DNA from: an uncultured virus (IMG/VR IMGVR_UViG_3300027020_000013)
Taxonomy: Duplodnaviria; Heunggongvirae; Uroviricota; Caudoviricetes
DNA: 64,000 bases
Reading direction: 5' to 3' (one strand)
Virus record (IMG/VR): IMGVR_UViG_3300027020_000013
Position numbers and translations under genes: made by a program. Within the stretch, counting starts at the first letter, position 1. Every line of letters starts with the position of its first letter. Below are positions 30,850 through 40,067 of the stretch, piece after piece. Below the pieces are notes generated by a model, which worked only from the letters and a program-made list of their open reading frames with translations, made no database searches and had not been told where the DNA came from.

Positions 30850-31215
30850 ATGGAAACCTTCCTCTCGCTAGTCCCTTACTTCGAACTCTTCTTCTTGTTG
30901 TGCATCGGTCACGCTGTTGCGGATTATGCGATGCAAAACGATTTCATTGCAACTGCTAAAAACCACACAACTGATTTGGGTCGAGTGTTCTGGAAGTGGG
31001 TACTACCATCACACGGCTTGATGCATGCTCTGCCCGTGTACGTAGTAACAGGTTCCTTTGTGTTGGCCGTGGCTGAGTTCGTGTGTCACTCAGTAATCGA
31101 TTACCTCAAGTGCGATGGAAAGATTGGCTTTAACACTGATCAATTGCTGCACATTGGTTGTAAAGTCCTGTGGGTAGTTCTGTTGGCAATGGAACTACCT
31201 TTGTTGGCTGAATAA
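30850..31215 (+). CDS. DUF3307-family membrane protein (putative metal-binding)
   Basis: GHAVADYAMQ, HGLMH, HSVIDYLK, DQLLH motifs. Confidence 0.8.
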   Translation: METFLSLVPYFELFFLLCIGHAVADYAMQNDFIATAKNHTTDLGRVFWKWVLPSHGLMHALPVYVVTGSFVLAVAEFVCHSVIDYLKCDGKIGFNTDQLLHIGCKVLWVVLLAMELPLLAE

Positions 31216-31224
31216 GGAGTAAGC

Positions 31225-31527
31225 ATGAAGTTGTCTGAAGTACCGTTCCCGTTGTTGTCGACCGAAGAAAATTGGGTGACTAGATTGCACGGTAAGAAAG
31301 GAACAATCGAAAAGATTTCCGTACGTGCATATGGTCGCCAATTCGAAATGTCTTTGCACATTGTCTGGGAAGACGGCAGTACATCGAATCCGGTATTCCC
31401 TGATGAGTGCGTACACGTGACAGCGAAGGACCCTAATCCGATTTCACTGGATCCATGGGTTAATCACCAAATAAAGTTGCTCGATAAACATCGAGATAAC
31501 TTCGAATCTCATCGCAGAGCGTTGTAA
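31225..31527 (+). CDS. hypothetical protein, 100 aa
   Basis: TAAGGAG SD. Confidence 0.75.
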   Translation: MKLSEVPFPLLSTEENWVTRLHGKKGTIEKISVRAYGRQFEMSLHIVWEDGSTSNPVFPDECVHVTAKDPNPISLDPWVNHQIKLLDKHRDNFESHRRAL

Positions 31528-31536
31528 CGATATAAT

Positions 31537-31556
31537 GGCTCTCCTTCGGGAGAGCC
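31537..31556 (+). terminator. cUUCGg terminator
   Basis: GGCTCTCC-TTCG-GGAGAGCC. Confidence 0.85.
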
Positions 31557-31595
31557 TTATGCCGTATTTTCTTTTATTTAAAACTATCAAAGCCC

Positions 31596-31603
31596 TATAT
31601 AAC
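31596..31603 (+). promoter_or_regulatory. early promoter variant TATATAAC
   Basis: Shares extended context (..CAATCGTGAATA) with 471 and 54776. Confidence 0.75.
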
Positions 31604-31641
31604 AATCGTGAATACATCCCCCTGAATTTAAGGAGCTGCAC

Positions 31642-32010
31642 ATGTCGTTCATCAAAACCGGTTTCACCCTGGCTGTTGGCGTTGTGGTTGGCATCGCTAT
31701 CAAAAGCATCAAGGATATGGAAAAAGATGTGGTGATGCTCAATAATGCTAAGCGGCAAGAAAAAGATATCATCGCCCTTCTGGATGGTCGCTACTATCAG
31801 AAGGTCGAGTACGCCATTGTGACCCTCACAATGGATGTACTGCATGAAAAAGAAAACAAGCAGCAACTGTGGGAAGAAGGCATCTCGGCTGTGGTTTACG
31901 GCCAGTGCCTGGTGGAACTTAATGCATCGCATTACTCGGATCACATCAAAGCCGAGGTAGCAAAAGAACTCGACGTGTTGTTCGAGCGGTTCAAAGAATG
32001 CCGACTGTAA
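31642..32010 (+). CDS. membrane-anchored early protein, 122 aa
   Basis: TAAGGAG SD; N-terminal hydrophobic helix. Confidence 0.8.
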   Translation: MSFIKTGFTLAVGVVVGIAIKSIKDMEKDVVMLNNAKRQEKDIIALLDGRYYQKVEYAIVTLTMDVLHEKENKQQLWEEGISAVVYGQCLVELNASHYSDHIKAEVAKELDVLFERFKECRL

Positions 32011-32019
32011 CAACATAAA

Positions 32020-32039
32020 GCCAGCCCTTCGGGGCTGGC
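32020..32039. terminator. bidirectional cUUCGg terminator
   Basis: GCCAGCCC-TTCG-GGGCTGGC between convergent genes. Confidence 0.85.
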
Positions 32040-32058
32040 ATTCACCTTATTTTTTTTT

Positions 32059-32274
32059 TCATTGATTGTCTAGTTCATCACGAATATCTTTAACTTCGTC
32101 TCCGACAGCAATGACTTCATCTAACAACCACTCAGTAGAATTGTTTAGTCGTTCTTCCAGATCAGCTATTTGATCTGAGAGATTCTTTACTACGAAAGCT
32201 CCACCTATTAATGCGACAGTAGCTGCTACCATAGGTAGATTTCTTTTAAACCATGACTCGGGTTTTGGTATCAT
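32059..32274 (-). CDS. small single-TM protein with acidic coiled coil, 71 aa
   Basis: AAGGAG SD; TM segment VAATVALIGGAFVV. Confidence 0.75.
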   Translation of the reverse strand: MIPKPESWFKRNLPMVAATVALIGGAFVVKNLSDQIADLEERLNNSTEWLLDEVIAVGDEVKDIRDELDNQ

Positions 32275-32356
32275 ACAGGACTCCTTCTATTTACATGATT
32301 GGTTAATCCTGTTCAATCTCATGTAGCATAGTAGTATCCCCAATAAGGAGGGGGTT

Positions 32357-32839
32357 ATGGTAATCTCATATAACACGGTTCAGGAAATTGATGCGCAGGT
32401 CAAAACGGGCTGCGGGATCGGTTATTATGGTCGGCAAGACGATATGTCGGTTATGCCGAGGATGTTGGGCGATTGGAACCTTCGCGCCATCGGTGACTCA
32501 CGCCACCCAGGTTGTGGTTTGATCGTTGCCGTACCATCAAATGCTAGGACTCGCATTATCTACATGGAAGGACGAATGACTTGGCTGAAAGCTCTTGGTT
32601 TCGATCACGATCTAGCAGTTCGATACATTCGTGCAAGTACGGTGGTGAGTCGTAAGTGGGACCACGAGGTAGCGTTGTTTGTATTGAACAACCTCAAAAT
32701 GGACGAGTACGTTTTAGATAAAATGCTAGCCAGCAACAACCCTAAGAAAGTTGGCGAGAAGTACAATATCTATACACGTAGCACTCGAGGCAAGGTGTTA
32801 GCGGGATGTCAGATCCTTAAAAATTTGTTAGCACAATGA
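32357..32839 (+). CDS. hypothetical protein, 160 aa
   Basis: TAAGGAGG SD. Confidence 0.8.
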   Translation: MVISYNTVQEIDAQVKTGCGIGYYGRQDDMSVMPRMLGDWNLRAIGDSRHPGCGLIVAVPSNARTRIIYMEGRMTWLKALGFDHDLAVRYIRASTVVSRKWDHEVALFVLNNLKMDEYVLDKMLASNNPKKVGEKYNIYTRSTRGKVLAGCQILKNLLAQ

Positions 32840-32843
32840 AATA

Positions 32844-32863
32844 GCCCTCCCTTCGGGGAGGGT
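32844..32863 (+). terminator. cUUCGg terminator
   Basis: GCCCTCCC-TTCG-GGGAGGGT-TTATTTT. Confidence 0.8.
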
Positions 32864-32907
32864 TTATTTTGCCCAATAGGTATGTATTCAATCAAGAGAA
32901 AACAATC

Positions 32908-33339
32908 ATGAACTTTTTCCTCGATTGCGAGTTTGAAGATGCAACTCGCACTCTCATTTCTGTTGGGCTGGTAAGTGAAGATGGACAACGTGAGTTCTAC
33001 GAAGTCTTACCGCACTCTCTAGTTACAGACGAGTGGGTAAAGGCGAACGTTATTCCAATCCTTCAGAAAGCACCAATCACAACCGAGCAATTCAATGCCA
33101 AGCTGAAAACTTTTGTTGATCAGTTCCCAGGCATGACGATCTATTCGGACCACATTAATGACACAGCATACTTCAGCCGCGCTCTAGACTTGGGCGAGGG
33201 TGATTGGATTAAGATCCAACCATTGACATTTATTGTCGACCGAGATCTATCCGCTAAGAAGTCAAAGATTTTACACAACGCCCTTTTTGATGCGCGTGCT
33301 ATTCGTGACTCATTCCTGAAAAAGGAAGGGTTGGACTAA
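32908..33339 (+). CDS. DEDDh 3'-5' exo(ribo)nuclease, Rv2179c-like
   Basis: FLDCEF, ISVGLVSEDGQREFY, HNALFDA. Confidence 0.85.
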   Translation: MNFFLDCEFEDATRTLISVGLVSEDGQREFYEVLPHSLVTDEWVKANVIPILQKAPITTEQFNAKLKTFVDQFPGMTIYSDHINDTAYFSRALDLGEGDWIKIQPLTFIVDRDLSAKKSKILHNALFDARAIRDSFLKKEGLD

Positions 33340-33357
33340 CCACTATGGAACCTTACC

Positions 33358-34011
33358 ATGTCTAACAACTACAACCGCATGACCTCTCGACCTAACCGAA
33401 AGAATCGTCCTGAGACTTTGCTACGGTTACTGATGTCTACCTCGTACCCACATTCCACCTTAGCTGATTTGATGTTCGCTTTCTCTCGACATTCGGGACC
33501 AGCAGATCAAGAAGAACTCGACACTATTGCTGATGAGATGACAGCAGTAGAACGTCAGTTTGGTATGACTGACTTTATCCGTACCGTTGAGATTCTCCGT
33601 AACAAAGATCAAGTTACAATCGTACTGCGTGCATTAGACTTCGATCCATCTGTGCGTGAAGTCATCGACAATAACTCTACCCATGTAGAATTAGCTCGTG
33701 TTGCTTTCCACCTGACCTCTGCTGACGCTATGCTGGAGAACATTGATTCACTAGCTGAAGAATTAGTATTGATGTTCCGTAAGGCACAGCAAGACAACAT
33801 TCGTACGGATCGTAAGTGGCGACTGCGGCAACGACCTACTTCGAAAGGTAATGCTAAGCTCGGTAATACGGAAGTACCTGCTACGGAAGAGATTATCGAT
33901 CATCGTACTGCTGTAGCCATGCTAACGGCATCGCTAGCTAAGACTCGGTTCCATGTTGTGCTTACCCACAATACGATTCTGTTGTTCGATCAACAGCGCA
34001 GTTTGAAATGA
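33358..34011 (+). CDS. hypothetical protein, 217 aa
   Basis: ORF track. Confidence 0.8.
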   Translation: MSNNYNRMTSRPNRKNRPETLLRLLMSTSYPHSTLADLMFAFSRHSGPADQEELDTIADEMTAVERQFGMTDFIRTVEILRNKDQVTIVLRALDFDPSVREVIDNNSTHVELARVAFHLTSADAMLENIDSLAEELVLMFRKAQQDNIRTDRKWRLRQRPTSKGNAKLGNTEVPATEEIIDHRTAVAMLTASLAKTRFHVVLTHNTILLFDQQRSLK

Positions 34012-34019
34012 CATAAATA

Positions 34020-34037
34020 CCTCTCCCTAGGGAGAGG
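34020..34037. terminator. bidirectional hairpin terminator
   Basis: CCTCTCC-CTAG-GGAGAGG between convergent genes. Confidence 0.75.
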
Positions 34038-34047
34038 CAATATGCCG

Positions 34048-35997
34048 TTATACCTTGGTAGTGTTTGTAGCGTTAACTACCCACTTAGTGCCATCAAGTG
34101 TGTTATTCACTTTACGACCTAGGGTAAGGATAACATCTGCCTTAGCCGTGTGTTGTCGCCACACCATGGGAATGTCATCCCAATAATGAACGATGTTGGT
34201 ATCAGCAATAACTACTGCATCACCGATGTTGCCGAATGTAGGCTTACCCGCAACCCAAGCAGCGTTGTTGGTGTATACACGTAGGTTAGCCGGATTCAAT
34301 TCAGCAGTCGTAAATGGAATCCGTGCTTTACCCATCGTTCGCCACCAATGCGATTGTGCAGCCAGACCTAAGTCTTTAGCTTTGGCGTAGTACTTGCTAA
34401 CAAAGTTCAGAATATCAGCAATAGCAACAGTAGCTGTTTTACCTGAGAAGTACGGATGAGTAATGAGTTTCTTAGCAAACATCGGAATACTACCCGACTC
34501 AGCCAAGTATGGTGCAGGATCAGGAATCGTTACCACTCGACTGATCGTGTATTCAAACGGATCAGTAATGGTGAATTTCATGGTCTGCCCCGATTTGATA
34601 GGAACAGCTGAACCTACACCACCGAATGGATAGTACACGGTTGACCAACCACCTGAGCCATTTGGAGTAGCTCGGAAGAAAGCAGCCAATACACCATTTA
34701 CTTCGATCTTACCTAACAACGTTTGGGTTGACGACGTCCCATCCACATTGTATTCAACGCTACCCATGTACGTGCTATACGAATTACCTACGATGTTATT
34801 GAAACTGTCCCGTAGGTTTACGTCACTAGGGTTAATGATGATGTACTTCAATGGACGGGTAATGATTGTACCGTCATCCAACTGAATCAAAACGTTAACT
34901 CGGTAAGTGCCAGCAGTAGACATGTTGAGCGTGTAGGGTTGATCTGGATTGACTTGGTCAGCTGGGTAAAGTTCTGGTACGATCAAAGATTCCGACCCAC
35001 CAGCAAAGATGTAATCCGAATCAGCCATGCCAGCCAATAGTGGGTGGTCTGCAGGTGGACCTGGCAAACCGATCTGTCTACGGATCTCACTAACCAACAC
35101 AGAACTTCGTCCAACGTCACCAGAAAAGTAAGCACCGAAATGCTGGGCTACTTGAGTTGCATCACCACCGAAAATAGCACCGCGATCAATAGCATCTTGT
35201 AGGTTATTGTAGTTATCGCTACAGTGGTCAGTAATGATGGCTACACCGCTACCGGCTGCACGGAACTGAGCAATGTTAGAAGTACAGTTAGCGGTGATCC
35301 AATGCTGACCTGCCTGGTTCTCGCCACGGCTAGCTAGGAAAACAATAGCACTGTATTGTTCCATGGTCGCCAGGGAAACATCAATAGGTGCATTCCCTTG
35401 GTGAGTAGCATCGAAGTATGTTGGAATCCAACCACCGATATTACATACCGCATCAAACGTATCGCGGAATCCATCATCGCCAGCATTGTTCTGCTGTGGA
35501 TCAGGATTGTAATGCGACTTTAAGATGTTGTATTGCCCTGTTCGTGTGGTGTTGTTCAGGAACAAGATCTTACGGTTACCTTGAGCAACTTTCCGTGGGT
35601 TAGCGATAAATGACAGTGCGTTTAACAGATACCGACAAGCCGGAGCCAAACCTGCTAAAGTAGTTGGCAATGTAGCTGGGTATGTGCCACCATTCGCTAC
35701 GCGGATGTGTGAGTTATAGAACTTAGGGAAACCACCATCGTAGATAACGTTGCCACGACCGTCTTGCGTTACTGCTAGGAATGGACGATCTACAATCGGT
35801 CCTTCACCAATAGCTGGATCAGGGTTAGACGGAATGGGTTGGATATAACCTCGGTCGTATGCCAAGATCTCAGTCAACACAGGAGAACGATCATCACGAG
35901 TAATGATCGCCTTCCGGGTATTGGCTGGGAATGTAACGGTTAGAGTCTGTGCACCAGTGTATTGCCCTGGATCTAGACTTGTAATAATCTCAGCCAT
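34048..35997 (-). CDS. virion/tail-fibre-associated protein, 649 aa
   Basis: Thr/Gly/Asn-rich beta composition; lies in the fibre cluster. Confidence 0.65.
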   Translation of the reverse strand: MAEIITSLDPGQYTGAQTLTVTFPANTRKAIITRDDRSPVLTEILAYDRGYIQPIPSNPDPAIGEGPIVDRPFLAVTQDGRGNVIYDGGFPKFYNSHIRVANGGTYPATLPTTLAGLAPACRYLLNALSFIANPRKVAQGNRKILFLNNTTRTGQYNILKSHYNPDPQQNNAGDDGFRDTFDAVCNIGGWIPTYFDATHQGNAPIDVSLATMEQYSAIVFLASRGENQAGQHWITANCTSNIAQFRAAGSGVAIITDHCSDNYNNLQDAIDRGAIFGGDATQVAQHFGAYFSGDVGRSSVLVSEIRRQIGLPGPPADHPLLAGMADSDYIFAGGSESLIVPELYPADQVNPDQPYTLNMSTAGTYRVNVLIQLDDGTIITRPLKYIIINPSDVNLRDSFNNIVGNSYSTYMGSVEYNVDGTSSTQTLLGKIEVNGVLAAFFRATPNGSGGWSTVYYPFGGVGSAVPIKSGQTMKFTITDPFEYTISRVVTIPDPAPYLAESGSIPMFAKKLITHPYFSGKTATVAIADILNFVSKYYAKAKDLGLAAQSHWWRTMGKARIPFTTAELNPANLRVYTNNAAWVAGKPTFGNIGDAVVIADTNIVHYWDDIPMVWRQHTAKADVILTLGRKVNNTLDGTKWVVNATNTTKV

Positions 35998-36004
35998 TGT
36001 TCAC

Positions 36005-36367
36005 TCACTTCTTAACAGGTTCTGTAATACGTGCGTGGTACGTTACAGCAGCCGTGTGGTTATTACGGATAGTGATCTTACCATCCGCAGCAATAGCAAA
36101 GTCCAATACCGCAGTTGCAAGAATCACAGGTGGGTTAGGGGTAACAAATGGATCAACCATTCGTAGTTCAACCCCTACGGAATAGATGTTGTGAGTAGTT
36201 GACGTGTATCCAATAATACCAGGGGCATCATAAACCACGCTACCGTTAGCAGGCACGCTGCCAGTAATGTAACGGAATCGTCCACCAGCACCGACACCTC
36301 CCTCTTCAATTTTATCGAACCATGCCTGGATGTAACCAAGCATTTGTTCTTTTGTCATAGCAGCCAT
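36005..36367 (-). CDS. small tail-fibre-associated protein (shared MTK..M..Y..AW N-terminus)
   Basis: N-terminal motif shared with the two upstream genes. Confidence 0.7.
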   Translation of the reverse strand: MAAMTKEQMLGYIQAWFDKIEEGGVGAGGRFRYITGSVPANGSVVYDAPGIIGYTSTTHNIYSVGVELRMVDPFVTPNPPVILATAVLDFAIAADGKITIRNNHTAAVTYHARITEPVKK

Positions 36368-36376
36368 TTTATCACC

Positions 36377-36811
36377 TTAGCCAATTTGCGTGAGTCCTGT
36401 GGTCATGAATCTTTTCAGATCCCCATAACCGTCAGCTACATGAACCCGTCCGCTCCACGAACTGAAGTAGACTCGACGTTGACGGATTTTATCAAAGTAT
36501 CCAGTAGATGTAGCTGTCCATGTCCCTGCATCTGGATCATACGTTTCGATTTGGCGAGTGAAAGCATTAATCAGTTCATTACCACCGTTAGGGTAGTTGT
36601 TGATTAATGATTGTTTCGCTATTGCCACTTCGTTTGCAGTTGTTGCAATTTGGAGAATACTAACAGCAGACTCCGGTTTGAATGAAAACACGCCTTCATT
36701 GTTATCAATGAACAATACTTGATCTCGATACGCCTTCGATCTAGCGAAAGCGTTAATCGTCCGAGTAATGAAAGCGTTGATGTATGAAAGCATTGAAGCC
36801 TTAGTAGCCAT
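36377..36811 (-). CDS. small tail-fibre-associated protein
   Basis: Paralog of 36819..37220 (SI..[IL]ATTA.E). Confidence 0.7.
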   Translation of the reverse strand: MATKASMLSYINAFITRTINAFARSKAYRDQVLFIDNNEGVFSFKPESAVSILQIATTANEVAIAKQSLINNYPNGGNELINAFTRQIETYDPDAGTWTATSTGYFDKIRQRRVYFSSWSGRVHVADGYGDLKRFMTTGLTQIG

Positions 36812-36818
36812 AAATCAC

Positions 36819-37220
36819 CTATGGAGTTGGAATAGTGGTATCCACTGCATGTAATGCTCCAGGTTCCCCATGCAGAAAGACTTTACCGTTGTTGCGTCCA
36901 AGTACCAATGTGTATTTACGCAGGAAGGCCCTTCCGCCCACGTATGGGGTCGATACCCACGAACCACTAGCTTTGGTCCAATACGTAGACGTACGCGTAT
37001 CTAGGTAGTCCACAGTGCCTGCCTGAAGCGTTGTAGCTTCAGCGGCAGTAGTAGCGAGGTTGAAGATACTCATTGGCATCCCAGCATAGAACTGCATGCC
37101 TTTTGGATTCGTATCCGTGGAGAACACAGCAGTCCTTTTAGGAACAGCTAAGATCAAATCGGTAACGCGTTTTAACCACGCTACCGAGTAATCGATCATC
37201 TCTTGTTTAGTCATGCTCAC
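36819..37220 (-). CDS. small tail-fibre-associated protein
   Basis: Paralog of 36377..36811. Confidence 0.7.
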   Translation of the reverse strand: MSMTKQEMIDYSVAWLKRVTDLILAVPKRTAVFSTDTNPKGMQFYAGMPMSIFNLATTAAEATTLQAGTVDYLDTRTSTYWTKASGSWVSTPYVGGRAFLRKYTLVLGRNNGKVFLHGEPGALHAVDTTIPTP

Positions 37221-40066
37221 AGTCGATATACCCGCGATTCAGAATCGACATAGTAGAACTTACCGGTTGTCATGTTGTGGTGTGTCCACTCCAATGCCAG
37301 TAGTCCTTCAGCGATTAGGTTAGCTTTAGTACTTGCGACTTTCGTCCAAGCGTTATTAGCGAATACCCATTTAGACCAATCACGAACATCAATGATTGGT
37401 AAACGAGATTCTGGTCGTTGGAATACTTTCCATGTAGCATTCGGCTGAGAGGTAGCTGTGTAACCAAACGACTGTGGTCCAAGGAACACCGCCAGTTGTG
37501 GATCAGCTGCCAAGTCAATGACACGCTTAGCTGGTTCGAAGTAAACATCGCTACCGAATTGAGAAGTCTCTACGGTGAGGATGTTCTTCTGACGTGTTAC
37601 TTTAATCCGTGCACCCAGTGGGTTAGCAGCAGGCCACAAACCGTTCGCACCGTTAACGCCAGGACCAGTAGCAACTGTACCGTTCGTCCACGTCAATCCA
37701 TCAAGAACAGCATCGATTGGATAACGAGCAATGTTGTATCCATTGAAGTCTTTATCGATCACTAATGGAGCACGACCATTACCCGCACGTTGTACGGTGA
37801 GGATGTGTGTGGTGTTATCCGATTTGTCCAAGGCATAAGCTGCAATGACACCAGCAAAGTCATCGTCGTTACCCGTAGAAGACACCTGTACTTCAAACAC
37901 GTAGTCTTCATATTTCTCAGGAGACACGAAACCTAATACCGATGCAGAGTTGATCGTGCTTCGAATGGAATCCGTATTAGCGTCGTATGCCCATGTATCC
38001 AACTCAGTTAGGTTGAATTCGTCAGTGTAAGTACTACCCCCACGACTGATTCGTTTCCACCATTTGAATACGGATTCAAACGTTTCACTTGCACCTTTCT
38101 GTGTTTCCAGATCGGTATCGTTTTCTACGATCGAGCAAGGCATGAAGATATGACGACCATCGAACTTACCGTCAGCATCAGTTACCAACACCGTGTTCAT
38201 TTTGTTGACCGGCACAGTAATGCTCTTACTCACAGTCTCAGCAAATGTGTTTAGCCCAGAGGTCATCTGTGTCTTACGGTTCGGTACATACGCTGGCAGA
38301 TCTTCATTCAGCTGATACATACGGAATCGACGGTTAGAAGGATCTCCTGATAGGATACCTACCAACAACTCCGGATGACCATCTTGACCGATAGCAATGG
38401 CTAAGCCTTCTGGTTCATACCGAACAGCAGTGGCTTCCATAGCAGCGGCAATACGACCAGCATTTAGGTTGTTGTCTTTATAGACAGGTTCGCCAGTGAT
38501 CAGATCGTAGATATGGAATCGTTTGTTTACGTCTGGTGTGAAACCAGTACCACCAGCAACCATGTACACGTAACGACCATCGCTAGCCAGACCTTGTAAT
38601 GGGTTAGATGGATCATAAAGATCATCGGTTTCCCATTCGTACAGATGACGTGTCGTGTAATTACCTGCACCACCTGCTACTAATGTAGCCAGATCGAATA
38701 CCCGTACTACCGATCGAGTTGTACCAAAGCGCATGCCATGGGCAATCAGATACTTGCCATCCGAACTGACGGTTGGTGTACATGACGTGCTATTCGCAAA
38801 CGTACCCGTAGGGAACAGTTCAAATACTTCTGCCGTATCAATCGCAACACCCGGAGTATAACTAAATCGAGCTGCTGATCGACCAACAACACTAGAAGTA
38901 GTCCAGAGCTTAATCGTTGACGCTAGGTATTCAGTACTTAGTCCTTGGTGGCCAATAGCTGCACCATTAATCAAAGTCTGATCGATTGGATTGACTTTGA
39001 TACCACCATCCATCGGATAGCGGTTGATCGCCCCTGCTTCAGAAATGTAGAGGTGTCGTTGTCTTTCATCAAACGTGAATGCCTGAGCACCCCGAGTAAT
39101 GGTAGAACCGTTAACAGCTTGTAAGTCGTAACGGAGTGTGGACTTAGATCCACCTAAATGTTTGTCGGGCATTGGAATACTCACTTTTGGTAAAGGGTAT
39201 GGACGATGCGCGTTCAATCGATAGATGTCATACCGACGATCTGGGTAAGCATACATGATCCCTACGTAGAGATAATACTTACCGTCATCACCAATACGCA
39301 TTGACATGCCTTCTGGTTCCCAGGCTCGGTAGTTAGGTACAGACATAGCTTTGTCTTTACCAATAAGCAAGTTGTTCTCTTGCTCCACCATCAAACCATC
39401 GATCGTGTAAACGTGTAGTCGTTTGTTTACCGTTGCATCAACGCCAGTACCACCAGCTACCAGATAAACATAACTACCACAACACGCCATACCCTGCATC
39501 GGATTGTTTTCATCCGTTAAGCCAGGTACTTCGAATTCATAGGTCCATGCGTTGGTATAGTTACCAGGTCCGCCTGCTACTAATGTAGCTAGGTTGAACA
39601 CACGTACAAGTGTTGTAGTTGAATCTGCTTTCATGCCCTGAGCAACCAGCCATTTGTTATCAAGGCTAACTGTCGGGGTGGTTTGAATGGAGTTCTTGTG
39701 CGTGGTGTTAGGGAACAGTCGATACTCTTCCCCTGTGTTAATTGCCACACCTGCTTGGTATTCGATACGGGTAGCAGCACGCCGGTCTACGTTCGACGTA
39801 GTCCATAGACGGATACCTGTTGGTAGGTATTCGATCGCTAAGCCTTGGTGACCTACGGCTGTACCGTTGATCAATGATCGATCTAGGCTACGTAGACCAA
39901 CACCACCTTTCAGTTCGTATCGGTTAATAGCCCCGTCTAGTGTGGCATAGCAGATCTTCGCCCGTTCATCGAAAGCAAAAGACTGCGCAGCACGCACAGT
40001 CTCTGAACCATTCATATCCAGGAGTTCGAAAGCAATCGAGTTTTCGGTATTGAAGTTAAGACTCAT
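37217..40066 (-). CDS. putative receptor-binding protein: two tandem beta-propeller domains plus a lectin-like C-terminal domain
   Basis: Two ~285-aa repeats (AQxFxFDER, GHQGL, PTVS, NPxQGxA, EPEG); DDDFAG motif in the C-terminal domain. Confidence 0.7.
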   Translation of the reverse strand: MSLNFNTENSIAFELLDMNGSETVRAAQSFAFDERAKICYATLDGAINRYELKGGVGLRSLDRSLINGTAVGHQGLAIEYLPTGIRLWTTSNVDRRAATRIEYQAGVAINTGEEYRLFPNTTHKNSIQTTPTVSLDNKWLVAQGMKADSTTTLVRVFNLATLVAGGPGNYTNAWTYEFEVPGLTDENNPMQGMACCGSYVYLVAGGTGVDATVNKRLHVYTIDGLMVEQENNLLIGKDKAMSVPNYRAWEPEGMSMRIGDDGKYYLYVGIMYAYPDRRYDIYRLNAHRPYPLPKVSIPMPDKHLGGSKSTLRYDLQAVNGSTITRGAQAFTFDERQRHLYISEAGAINRYPMDGGIKVNPIDQTLINGAAIGHQGLSTEYLASTIKLWTTSSVVGRSAARFSYTPGVAIDTAEVFELFPTGTFANSTSCTPTVSSDGKYLIAHGMRFGTTRSVVRVFDLATLVAGGAGNYTTRHLYEWETDDLYDPSNPLQGLASDGRYVYMVAGGTGFTPDVNKRFHIYDLITGEPVYKDNNLNAGRIAAAMEATAVRYEPEGLAIAIGQDGHPELLVGILSGDPSNRRFRMYQLNEDLPAYVPNRKTQMTSGLNTFAETVSKSITVPVNKMNTVLVTDADGKFDGRHIFMPCSIVENDTDLETQKGASETFESVFKWWKRISRGGSTYTDEFNLTELDTWAYDANTDSIRSTINSASVLGFVSPEKYEDYVFEVQVSSTGNDDDFAGVIAAYALDKSDNTTHILTVQRAGNGRAPLVIDKDFNGYNIARYPIDAVLDGLTWTNGTVATGPGVNGANGLWPAANPLGARIKVTRQKNILTVETSQFGSDVYFEPAKRVIDLAADPQLAVFLGPQSFGYTATSQPNATWKVFQRPESRLPIIDVRDWSKWVFANNAWTKVASTKANLIAEGLLALEWTHHNMTTGKFYYVDSESRVYRL

Positions 40067-40067
40067 T

